A DNA stretch of 64,000 nucleotides from Pristiophorus japonicus (lineage: Eukaryota). Numbering within the stretch: position 1 is the stretch's first letter; each line of letters opens with the position of its first letter. The DNA is taken from positions 10,664,001 to 10,728,000 of the forward strand of contig NC_091999.1 in NCBI RefSeq assembly GCF_044704955.1. The letters are read 5' to 3'. Below the pieces are notes generated by a model. The model saw only the letters and a program-made list of their open reading frames with translations, ran no database searches and was not told the DNA's origin. Both the position numbers and the translations under genes were made by a program. This document shows positions 52,624 to 64,000 of this stretch, piece after piece.

Positions 52624-52935
52624 ATGTGGAATCGTCTCGGACCGCTCTTCATCATTATATCACATCCCAGTAAATATTAGCTTCCGAGCAAAAATCCTTT
52701 CTCCCCCTCACTGCTGTAACCCAGGCGTTATTATTGTTCAATTTTTGGTGGTTATGATGGTGGATCAAATACATTTTCTCTTTTCTCTAATTTGCAACAT
52801 GCTGAGGATCTGATTTGCAAACACTGACACTCTGTCCTTTACCTGTTTGAACATCTGTTTTCAGACCAGAATCACGGAGATTCTGTCACCCAGACGCTGT
52901 CTTCAAGAGTGATGTCACAAGCAGAAGGGGAGACT
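52624..52935 (+). pseudogene. Family-B-type leader plus truncated V exon start
   Basis: ATGTGGAATCGTCTCGGACCGCTC..CCCA|GTAAAT; acceptor TTTCAG ends 52864; QNHGDSVTQTLSSRVMSQAEG then breaks off. Confidence 0.7.
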
Positions 52936-53061
52936 TGATGTTGATTTTGTTTTCTCTTCCTTTTATGAATCTCCCTGTGAATCTGAGGGTGGAGAATTCT
53001 TGTTTCTGATTATCGGTCTGAGAGCGCCCTGTGGTGCGCAGCAACTCGAACTCTCAGTTTG

Positions 53062-53601
53062 TTTTCTTGTAGGGCTCCACGAAAATTCTGTAGCAGTGTG
53101 GGGCTCATGGCACAGAAATGCACGGCGGTGTCAGAGATCAGGGCTTTGACGATCATTAGCTCGGTATTCTTGGCAATTTTATTAAATGTAGAAGAGAATC
53201 GATCAGTGAAGGCAGGGTTCAGGTCTACATTCACTCCGATAAAATGAAGCACATACTGTGGAGGCTTCCCGGGGTGCTGAATGTACCAGAACACATAAGT
53301 TGCAGTATCGCTGGTTTTCAAAGTGCAAGTTAGTGCAATTACTTTCCTCATCAACCATCATTTTAGGGACCGGCTGTTCCACTTTGTCTTGTTGGCTCCA
53401 TTCTAACAGAAAAGAATAGAATGAATCATCATGATCATCATCATCTTCATCTCAATCAACATAATCATAATCGTCAATATCATTTTACCAATAATAATAC
53501 CTGAGTTACAGCAGTTAGAGGGAGAAATGATTTTTAATAGGTAGGAAATAATTACTTCGAAGTAATAAAACAATGAGCAGCGGAACAAGATGGTTCTGCA
53601 T
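53062..53601 (-). pseudogene. Family-B V pseudogene
   Basis: 2-nt deletion in FR1 before LTCTLKTS; VFWYIQHPGKPPQYV..DTAVHFCAMSP. CACACTG (53100-53094) / 23 / ACAAGAAAA. Confidence 0.88.
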
Positions 53602-53861
53602 GATTTTCCCTGAGTGTCTAACTCTGCAGTCCGTGATATACTCTGTTCGAGCAGAATTACAGATCCCCGCGCCACAGCACTGTTGATCCCACCATGGCAA
53701 CATGGAGCAGCGGCAGCAATCTCTCCATTAACACAGAGCTGGCAAGGCGGGTCTGAGCGAGAGCGGCAAACGGAAGCTGTGGGCGGGGCTGCCGTTGTCG
53801 GTGTTACTGCAAAATTTTTCTCTACAATTTCCGGTTGATAACGGGATAAACATGTAACCAC

Positions 53862-53878
53862 GGCGCCCTCTGATGGTG
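53862..53878 (-). promoter_or_regulatory. Strong CTCF-like motif
   Basis: Minus strand CACCATCAGAGGGCGCC. Confidence 0.6.
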
Positions 53879-54369
53879 ATTCTGAGGACTTCACACAAGT
53901 CACGATAATGGGCAGAGTAAAGTGTGAGTTCATCGAAGGTGCGGTTTCCAGCGACCTATTATTTGAGACATTGTATATTGTTTCAGACAATTCAAATGTC
54001 TAAACAGGCAGAAGGGAAATGTGGGTGAATGTAAAGGTAAGGATATTTTACTTTATCTGAACATGTTTATGGCTTTCTCTTACGTATTAGCTTTGTCATT
54101 CTCTCATTACTTATCACCTTCCTTCATTTCTCTTTCCCCCTTTTTTCATTTGCTGTCCTCTGCACTCTCATTATTGCACAGCTTTGTCTCTTTGTCTTTA
54201 TCATTCTTTCTTTTGTACTTTCAATTTCTTTTCCTCTATCTATGTTTCCAACTCTTTTCATTGCTCACTTTATTTAAATCTTTATGTTCTCTATTTCCCG
54301 ATTGTTCTCTGATTCTATCAGCAGTTTCTGTGCTGCACATTCCATGTAATTATTAAATTTTGTCGAAAG

Positions 54370-54682
54370 ATGCACCGAGATTCGCCCTGATTTCTCTCCC
54401 TGCCTGAGATTTCGCAGTGGAAGGAAATCCTGTCACAATCCAGGGCAGATTCAGCACGACCGACAACATCTGTTGGTACAGCTGGCTGGTGAGCGCGGCC
54501 CCGAGATACATCCATTGTGGATTCAAAGCAGAACGCCACCAAGTCCGGTTTGAGATCCACACCCACTGGGATCAAAGTCTGGGCACTTTCGGCTTCGGCC
54601 AGGCAGAGTTTGTGAATAGCGGAACCTATTGCTATGCTGCTGCACACAGCGCGGGGAAAAGCCCTGCTCTTGTACAATTTCT
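54370..54682 (+). pseudogene. V pseudogene
   Basis: VEGNPVTIQGRFSTTDNICWYSW..SGTYCYAAA, Cys23 is Gly, stop at the exon start. CACAGCG 54645-54651 / 22 / ACAATTTCT 54674-54682. Confidence 0.8.
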
Positions 54683-55295
54683 CCTCTCTGAGCAAAGCCT
54701 GGTTAGATTGGGTAACAGTCAAATCGGTTCCGAAAACGGCCTGTTCAGTCAAAGGGCGGTGGTCAATCCGCAATTGTATTATTCAATATAAATTAGGATG
54801 AAATTCCCTATGATTTCGCATTTCAGCTGATTAATGTTATATATTTCCAAACAGTTTTGTTCTCTTTCCCATCGGTTATTTCAGCACCTGGTTTTATCCC
54901 ACTTAACTTTTGAAGATTTCGGTAACTGTTCAATAATGTATAATTTTGCAATTGCTGTCGCCAATCTGTCGACACGAATTTGTAATAAATGTGAAATTAA
55001 CGCAGCTCTTATCCAGAGGAAGCGTTGTATAATTTGCGAAGGGGACATTATTCTTAATTCTGTTCTCACAAATGGATCCTCCGTTTGACAACACTGCCCG
55101 TGACAGCCACGCCCACAGTTTCCGTTTGCTGCTGTTGCTCTGCCCCGCCTTGCCTGCCCTGTGTAATTAGAGAGAGCGATGCCGCTGTTCTCTGCTTTAC
55201 GTTGGTTAGAGCAGCAGTGCAGTGGAGCAGTTGTCTCTATTGCTGCTCCGACAGAGGATTTCCCGGACTGCAGAGGTGCAGACTCAGGGAGCATC

Positions 55296-55794
55296 ATGTG
55301 GAACCGTCTCGCACCGCTCCTCGTCATTATATTAGTTCTCAGTAAGCAGTTCCTTCGCAAAAATAATAATTCTGCCACTGATGTTATTTTTGTTTAAGTG
55401 ATAATGAACATGATAATGCGATGATGACAATTTCTATTATTTTATTTTCGAATGGAGCCAACAAGACACAGTGGAGCAGTCGGTTATCGAAATGATGGTT
55501 GAAGAGGAAAGTAATGTCACCTTAAATTGCACCTTGAAAACCAACAATCGAAGTCCTTCTGTGTTCTGGTACAGTCAGCACACCGGGCAGCCCTCACAGT
55601 CCGTGTCTTACCTTATTGGAGCGACAGTAAACCGAAACATCGACTTCACTGACCGATTCCATTCTGCGTTTCATAAAATGAGTAAGATTACCGAGCTAAC
55701 GATCAGCAAGGCCTTGATCTCAGACAACGCCTTTTATTTCTGTGCCATGAGCCACACACTTGTGCAGAGATGTTGCGGATCCCGTAAAAAACCC
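55296..55794 (+). pseudogene. Family-B V, open frame but dead splice acceptor and damaged RSS (inverted copy of 41.2 kb)
   Basis: Leader 55296-55341 intact; acceptor AG to CG at 55449-55450; exon ..TLNC..VFWYSQHTGQ..DNAFYFCAMSH. CACACTT 55755-55761 / 24 / AAAAAACCC. Confidence 0.85.
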
Positions 55795-57049
55795 ACACTG
55801 GGAGTTCCAGTCAGTGCTGACAATAGGGCGCTCTCACGCTGATAAACAGAAGTGATAATTCAGCCTCCACAGTGAGATTCAGAGGGACATTATTAAAAGT
55901 CAAATAAAACACAATTCTTACTAAGAACCGGTGAAGTTCACCGGTGGAATTATATTAGCTGATGACTTTAAAGCACATTTAAAATAGAAATGCACTGCGC
56001 AAAGGCATCTGTGGCACATTTTCTTTCAATCCCCTTTCCTTGCATGCCTGTCTCATGTCACCTCTTGTCTCCAGCCTTTATCCATAATTATTTGATATCT
56101 CTACTTCCTTTTTTTAGTTTAACGATGAAAAACCTTTGCTTCAGCTCATCTCTCTGTTTCAATTGCTGCTGTTATTTCTCTCTCACTCTATTTCACTGTC
56201 AAACTTTTTCACTGTTTCTGTGTCTCTCGTCTCCATCTAATTCTCGCTGTATGCATCTCATTGGCTCCGTGTCTGTGTCTACCGACCTCCCTCTCTGTCT
56301 GTCTCTGTGTCTCTCATCATGTCCCTTTTTCTGCATCTCTCTCGCTCCCTCTCATTGTTCTTCACTCTGTCTCTCTCTCTGTCTCAATCTCTCATTTTTT
56401 CACTCTCTGATTATCTCTCACTCTATTCCCCTCTGTTTATTTCAATCTGTTTCACTATCTATTTCTCTCCATCTGTCTCTCCCTAAATATCTCGTTTACA
56501 TTACATTAGTACCTTTCTGAGTTATGACTGCACTAAACCAAATCTCTGGTTATATTACTCTTGCCACTGTCATATCGTTTGTTTGAGGCAGATAAAATGA
56601 CGTTTTAAGGCTTGTAGTAGTGTTCTGGTTCTGCTAGTCAACAAATAATCTAGAGTGCACTAGTTCAACTTCTCCTATGGTAATTTAGAAATTTGAATTC
56701 AGATGTTTAACAAATAAACAAAAGCGGTTATCAGTAAAAGTGACCGTGAAACTCGGATTGTGATAAAACCCCAACTACGTTACTAACTACCTTAATTGGC
56801 AAGGAAAATGGCTGCCTTTTCTGGCTCTGTCCCTTATGGGACTCCGGTGCCATAGACAACGTGGTTGTCTCTTGAATGTTCGATGATCTGGCCCAGTAAC
56901 CCACTCAATTGTATCAAACGTGTGCAAAGAGCAGAAATGCAGTAGTCCAAGAAAAAGAACCACGATCAACTTAACAAGGGAAATCTGGGGAATGGGCAAT
57001 AAATCTTGTGCTCCTTAGCGACCGCACGAGAATTAATAAGAAAGGGAAA

Positions 57050-57611
57050 CATAAGAACATAAGAAAATAAGAAATAGGAACAGGAATAGGCCATTTGGCT
57101 TCTCGAGCCTGCTCCATTCAAAAAGATCATGGCTGATCTGATCCTGGCCTCAACCCCACTTCCCCGCCAGATTCCCCTAACCCTTGACTCCTTTAGCAAT
57201 CGAAAATCTGTATATCTCCACCTTAAATAAATCCAATGAACCGGACTTTACAGCTCTCTGAGGTAGAGAATCCCAAAGATTCACGACCCCTGAGAGAAGA
57301 AATTCCTCCTCATTTTCGATTTAACTAGTAGAGTGGACAAGGGAGAACCAGTGGATGTGGTGTATTTGGACATTCAAAAAGATTTCGACAAGGTCCCACA
57401 CAAGAGATTAGTTTGCTAAATTAAAGCACATGGTATTGGGGGTAAAGTATTGACGTTGATAGGTAATTGGTTGGCAGACAGGAAGCAAAGAGTAGGAAGA
57501 AACGAATCCTTTTCAGAATGGCAGGCAGTGACGAGTGGGGCACGGCATGGTTCAGTGCTGGTACCCCAGCTATTCACAACAAATATTAATGCTTTAGAGG
57601 AAGGAATTGAA
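57050..57611. mobile_element. CR1 3' end (-, 57050-57320) and start of a nested CR1 (+, 57325-57611)
   Basis: Reverse complement of 39350-39910. Confidence 0.88.
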
Positions 57612-60600
57612 CAGTTTTAAAAGAGGCAGCTCGTGCAGAGCACGGAATGCAACAGCATAGAGTGGCATTTGTGAGTTTGGTAAGTGGGTGAGTATTAAGG
57701 GTTATTCTCTTTAAACCATTTGGAGGCTGGAGTAAATTGTTAGTGGCAATTGTCAGTCGCTTCTAAGTAAGTAGCAGTTTAATTTAAAGCGGAAAAGTTA
57801 AATAGTTGGGAATCTTTCAGGTTTCGGCAGAGAAACAACAAGGTAACCCTCCAGTAGGAGGCAATTAGCAGCTAGTTAAAACCAGTTCTGCAAACGACTG
57901 ACCAGTAGTGAGTCATCTGACCTAGATCCAGTTTAAAAAGAGGCAGCTCGTGCAGAGCACAGAGTGCACCAGCATGGAGTGGCATTTGTGAGTTTGGTAA
58001 TTGGGTGAGTTTTGGCAAGTGGGGGTGGCAGGTGGAGTTTTGTCTTGTTTTTCCGACCAGTGCTGACACTAGAGCAGCTGATAAGGAGTGTGAGAGTAGG
58101 AGACGAAGGGCCAGAGACCAGCCCAACCAGTTGCAGGCAAAGATAGAGGGGTGCGAAATCGAGAGGTGACGTCAAAGCCAAACTTGTAAGTGGTTGGCTG
58201 TTCGACTGGTAAGTATAAGTCTCTTTTAGACTGACTTTTAGATTGGTTTAATTGACTGCGAACTACTAAGTAGCTGTTTGGTGTTTAAGTACATTTTTTT
58301 AAGTAAATTAATTTAAGGGTTAAGTCATGGCAGTCGGGCTCGGACCCATGTCATGCTCCTCCTGTGCGATGTGGGAAGTCAGGGACGCTTCCATTGTCCC
58401 TGACTACTATGTGTGTGGGAAGTGTGTCCAGCTGTCGCTCCTGACAGACTGCATGACGGCACTGGAGCTGCGGATGGACTCACTCTGGAGCATGCGCAAT
58501 GCTGAAATTGTTGTGGATAGCACATTTAGTGAGTTGGTCACACCTCAGGTAAGGATTAGGACAGATAGTGAATGTGTGACCAAGAGGCAAGGCAAGAGCA
58601 GAAATGTAGTGCAGGAGTCCCCTGCGGATATCTCCCTCCAAAGCAAATATACCGTTTTGGATAATGTTGGGGGAGATGAGTTTCCAAGGGAAGGCACCAG
58701 CAGCCAGGTTCACGGCACCGTGGGTGGCTCTGCTGCACAGAAGGGTAGGAAAAAGAGTGGGAGAGCTATAGTGATAGGGGAATCTATTGTAAGGGGAATA
58801 GATAGGATTTTCTGCAGCCGCAACTGAGTCTCCAGGATGGTATGTTGCCTCCATGGTGCAAGGGTCAAGGATGTCTCGGAGCGGCTGCAGAGCATTCTGG
58901 AGAGAGAGGGTGAACAGCCTGTTCTCGTGGTACATGTAGGTACCAATAATATAGGTAAGAAGCGCGAAGAGGTACTACAAGCTGAATTTAGGGGGCTAGG
59001 AGTTAAATTAAAAAGTAGCACCACAAAGGTAGTAATCTCTGGATTGGTACCAGTGCCACGTGCTAATCAAAGTAGAGGGAGCAGGATAGTTAGAATAGTG
59101 AGCAGTGGTGCAAGACGGAGGGATTCAAATTCCTGGGACATTGGGACCAGTTCTGGGGGAAGTGGGACCTGTACAAAAGGGACGATCTGCACTTGGGCAG
59201 GACTGGAACTGATGTCCTAGGGGTAACATTTGCTAATGCAGTTCGGGAGTATTTAAACTAATATGGCAGGGGGATGGGAATCTATGCAGCGAGATAGGGC
59301 GAAGTAATATGGAGTCAGAAACAGATGGTAGAAAGGTAAAAAGCAATATTGGAAGGCCGAGTAAAAAAAGGCAAGAAACAAAAAGGGCCACACTACATCA
59401 TAATTCTAAAAGGACAAAGGGTGTTAAAAAAACAAGCCTGAAGGCTTTGTGTCTTAATGCAAGGAGTATCCTTAATAAGGTGGATGAATTAACTATGCAA
59501 ATAGATGTTAACAGATATGATGTGATTGGGATTACAGAGACGTGGCTCTAGGTTGATCAGGGCTGGGAACTCAACATCCATGGGTATTCAACATTCAGGA
59601 AGGATAGAATAAAAGGAAAAGGAGGTGGGTAACATTGCTGGTTAAAGAGGAGATTAATGCAACAGTTCGGAATGACATTAGCTTGGATGATATGGAATCT
59701 ATATGGGTAGAGCTGCAGAACACCAAAGGGCCGAAAATGTTAGTGGGAATTGTGTACAGACCTCCAAACAGTAATACTGATGTTGGGGAGGGCATCAAAC
59801 AGTAAATTAGGGGTACATGCAATCAAGGTGCAGCAGTTATCATGGGAGACTTTAATATGCATATAGATTTGGCAAACCAAACTGGAAGCAATACGGCGGA
59901 GGAGGACTTCCTGGAGTGCATGAGGGATGGTTTTCGAGACAAATATGTTGAGGAACCAACTAGCGGGAGGCCATTTTAGACTGGGTGTTGTGTAATGAGA
60001 GAGGATTAATTGGCAATCTCGTTGTGCGAGTCCCCTTGGGAAAGAGTGACCATAATATGGTGGAATTCTACATTAGGATGGAGAATGAAACAGTTAATTC
60101 AGAGACCATGATCCAGAACATAACGAAGGGTAACTTTGAAGGTATGAGGCGCCAATTGGCTAGGGTAGATTGGCGAATGATACTTAAGGGGTTGATTGTG
60201 GATGGGCAATGGCAGCCATTTAGAGACCGCATGGATGAACTACAACAATTGTACATCCCTGTCTGGCGTAAAAATAAATAAGGGAAGGTGGCTCAACCGT
60301 GGCTATCAAGGGAAATCAGGGATAGTATAAAAGCCAAGGAGGTGGCTTACAAATTGGCCAGAAATAGCAGCGAACCCAGGGACTGGGAGAAATTTGGAAC
60401 TCGGCAGAGGAGGACAAAGGGTTTGATTTGGGCAGGGAAAATAGAGTACGAGAGGAAGCTTGCAGGGAACATTAAGACGGATTGTAAACGTTTCTATCGA
60501 TATGTAAAGAGAAAAAGGTTAGTAAAGACAAACGTAGGTCCTCTGCAGTCAGAATCAGGGGAAGTCATAACGGGGAACAAAGAAATGGCAAACCAATTGA

Positions 60601-62328
60601 ACAACTACTTTCGTTCGGTATTCATTAAGGAGGACACAAACAACCTTCTGGATATTAAAGGGACCAGAGGGTCGAGTAAGAAGAAGGAACTGAGGGAAAT
60701 CCTTATTAGTCGGGAAACTGTGTTGGGGAAATTGACGAGATTGAAGGCCGATATATCCCCAGGGCCTGATGGACTGCATTCAGAATACTTAAGGAGGTGG
60801 CCTTGGAAATAGCGGATGCATTGACAGTCATTTTCCAACATTCCATAGACTCTGGATCAGTTCCTGTGGAGTGGAGGGTAGCCAATGTAACCCCACTTTT
60901 TAAAAAAGGAGGGAGAGAGAAAACAGGGAATTATAGACGGGTCAGCCTGACATCGGTAGTGGGTAAAATTAAGAACTCAATTATTAAGGATTTCATAGCA
61001 GCGCATTTGGAAAGAGGTGGCATGATAGGTCCAAGTCAGCATGGATATGTGAAAGGGAAATCATGCTTGACAAACCTTCTGCAATTTTTTTAGGATGTTT
61101 CCAGTAGAGTGGACAAGGGAGAACCAGTTGATGTGGTGCATTTGAACTTTCAGAAGGCTTTCGACGATGTCCCACACAAGAGATTAATGTGCAAAGTTAA
61201 AGCACATTGGATTGGAAGTCGTGTGCTGGCGTGGATTGAGAACTGGTTGGCAGACAGGAAGCAAAGAGTAGGAGTAAATGGGTACTTTTAAGAATGGCAG
61301 GCAGTGACTTGTGATGTGCCGCTAGGTTCTGTGCTGGGGCCCCAGCTGTTTACAGTGTACATTAATGATTTAGATGAAGGGATTAAATGTAGTATCTCCA
61401 AATTAATGAATGACACTAAGTTGACTGGCAGTGTGATCTGCGAGGAGGATGCTATGAGCCTGCAGAGTGATTCGATTGGTTAGGTGAGTGGGAAAATGCA
61501 TGGCAGATGAAGTATTATGTGGATAAATGTGAGGTTATCCACTTTGGTGGTAAAAACAGAGAAACAGACTATTATCTGAATGGTGACAGATTAGGAAAAG
61601 GGGAGGCGCAACGACACCTGTGTGTCATGGTACATCAGTCATTAAAGGTTGGCATGCAGGTACAGCAGGCGGTTAAGAAAGCAAATGGCATGTTGGCCTT
61701 CATAGCTAGGGGATTTGAGTACAGGGGCAGCGAGGTGTTACTCCAGTTGTAAGGGCCTTGTTGAGGCCACACCTGGAGTATTGTGTACAGTTCTGGTCTC
61801 CTAACTTGAGGAAGGACATTCTTGCTAAAGAGGAAGTGCAGCGAAGTTTCACCAGACTGATTCCCGGGATGGCGGGACTGACATATCAAGAAAGACTGGA
61901 TCAACTGGGCTTGTAGTCACTGGAGTTCAGCAGAATGAGAGGGGATCTCATAGAAACGTTTAAAATTTTGATGGGTTCTGACAGGTTAGATGCAGGAAGA
62001 ATGTTCCCAATGTTGGGGTAGTCCAAAATCAGGGATCACATCTAACGATAAGGGGTAAACCATATCTGACCGAGATGAGGATAAACGTCTTCACCCAGAG
62101 AGTGGTGAACCTGTGGAGTTCGCTACCACACGAAATTGTTGAGGCCAATTCACTAAATATATTCAAAAAGGAGTTAGATGTAGTTCTTACTACTCGGTGG
62201 ATCAAGGGGTATGGCGAGAAAGCAGGAATGGGGTACTGAAGTTGCATGTTCAGCCATGAACTCATTGAATGGTGGTGCTGGCTCGAAGGTACGAATGACC
62301 TACTCATGCACCAGTTTTCTACGTTTCT
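57612..62328 (+). mobile_element. Full-length but inactivated CR1 LINE: 5' UTR, ORF1 (zinc finger/leucine zipper + SGNH esterase), ORF2 (APE endonuclease + RT)
   Basis: ORF1 from 58327: CSSC..CGKC, VIGESIVR, VHVGTNN. ORF2: LCLNARSI, GITETWL, SDHN, QHGYVKGKSCLTNL. Multiple stops and frameshifts; 3' tail TTTCTACGTTTCT. Confidence 0.95.
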
Positions 62329-64000
62329 GATATCCCAAATTTGCAGATGACACTAAGCTGGGTGGCAGTGTGAGCTCTGAGGAGGATGCTAAAATGCTGC
62401 AGCTTGATTTGGACAGGTTCGCTGAGTGGAAAAATGCAGGGCAGATGCAGTATAATGTGGATAAATATGATGTTATCCACTTTGGTGGCAAAAACAGCAA
62501 GGCAGAATATTATCTCAATGGTGACAGATAAGGGAAATGGGAGGCGCAACGAAACTTGGGTGCTGTGGTACATCAGTCATTGAAAGTTGACATTTTGGCC
62601 TTCATAGCGAGAGGATTTGTGTAAAGGAGCAGGGAGGTCTTGCTATAGTTGTACAGGGTCTTGGTGAGACCAAACCTTGAATATTGTGTACAGTTTTGGT
62701 CTCCTAATCTGAGGAAGTACATTCTTGCTATTGAGGGAGTGCAGCGAAGATTCACCAGACTGATTCCCGGGATGGCGTGACAGACATATGAAGAAAGACT
62801 TGATCGAGAAGGCTTATATTCACTGGGCTTTAGAAGAATGAGAGTGGATCTCAGAAACATGTAAAATTATGACGGGATTGGACAAATAAATGCAGAAAAA
62901 TGTTCCTGATGTTGGGGAAGTCCAGAATCAGGGGTCACTCTCTAAGGATAAGGGGTAAGCCATTTAGGACTGAGATGAGAAGAAATATCTTCACTCAGAG
63001 AATTATGAACCTCTGGAATTCTCTACCACATAAAGTTGTTGAGGCCAATATCTTAGATATGTTGAGAAGGGAGTTCGATGTGGCCCTTGCAGCAAAAGGG
63101 ATCAAGCGGTATGGAATGAAAGCAGGAATGGGGTAGTAAAGTTGCATGATCAGACATGATCATATGGAATGGTGGCGCAGGCTCGAGGGGCCGAATGGCG
63201 TACTCCTGCAGGAATTTTCTATGATTCTATGTTTCTATGTTTAAATGGGCGACCACTTATTCTGAAACTATGCTCCAGAGTTCGAGATTCCCGAACTGGG
63301 GAAAAAATCCGCTCTGCATGTACATTGTTAAGCCCCCTCAGAATCGTATATGTTTCAATGGACCACCTCTAAGCCTTCGAAACTCTAATGAGTATATGCC
63401 CAACATGCTCAATCTTTGTTTATAAGACAACCTCTTGATCTCAGGAATCAATCTCATGAAATATCTCTGAACTGCCTTCAATGCAAGTAGATCCTTCGTG
63501 AAATACAGTGGCCAAACTGTACACAGTGCTCCAGGTGTGATCTCACCAATAACCAGTTCAGTTGTAGCATGAGTTGTCTGCTGTTATATTCTATCCCCCT
63601 CACAATAAAGGTCAACATTCCATTTGCCTTCATAATTACTTGCTGTACCTGTATGCTTGCGTTTTTGAGCTTCCTGTACAAAGACCGCCAGAACCCTCTG
63701 TACCACTGCAGTTTGTAATTTCTCCAAATTTAAGATAATAATTAGCTTTTTATTGTTCCGACCAAAGACGATAATCTCACATGTTCGCAAAATATACTCA
63801 ATTGGTCAAATGTTGCCTACTTAATTAGCCTATCTATGTCCCTTTGTAGATTATTTGCTTCCTCCACACAACGTGCACTCCCACTTATTTTTGTATCATT
63901 AGCAAATCCGGTTATATGACACTCGGTCCCTTCATCCAAGTAATTAATACAAATTGAAAATAGTTGAGGCCCCAGCAATGATCCCTTTGTCACCCCACTA
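62329..64000. mobile_element. Continuation of nested CR1 (+, to about 63240) and host CR1 (-, 63241-64000)
   Basis: Resumes at KFADDTKL; reverse complement of 37640-39345. Confidence 0.9.

Noticed and set aside
52908-52917. AGTGATGTCA decamer
   Set aside because: Lies inside the truncated V exon, not at a promoter position.
1-64000. NAR-TCR cassette (NTCR V-D-J plus leaderless supporting V-delta)
   Set aside because: No 12-RSS, no FGxG J segment with splice donor, and the intact Vs all have leaders.

Overview
Eukaryotic (vertebrate) genomic DNA, most consistent with a cartilaginous-fish (shark) T-cell receptor alpha/delta variable-gene cluster. I find about 26 V segments or remnants (leader exon, intron, V exon, RSS with a ~23-bp spacer) on both strands. 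No D, J or C segments and no 12-bp RSS were recognised. Four V genes look intact (12.0, 41.2, 47.5 and 49.2 kb) and all four are on the minus strand; every plus-strand V is damaged or non-canonical. The cluster grew by a direct duplication (about 5.5-10.6 kb vs 22.3-28.0 kb), a second direct repeat (0.3-1.6 kb vs 44.9-46.3 kb) and a large inverted duplication (37.6-42.8 kb vs 54.2-64 kb). It is heavily invaded by nested CR1 LINEs (one full-length), with L2, RTE, Gypsy-LTR, SINE and tandem-repeat sequence and two assembly gaps. Points of interest: CTCF-like motifs at a fixed ~20 bp beyond certain RSSs, a germline chimeric V gene, a conserved 24-bp RSS spacer, a V family with IgH-like motifs, a V family lacking Cys23/Trp41, and a reused ETS/RUNX-like module. 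All coordinates and alignments were done by eye; family names A and B are my own labels.
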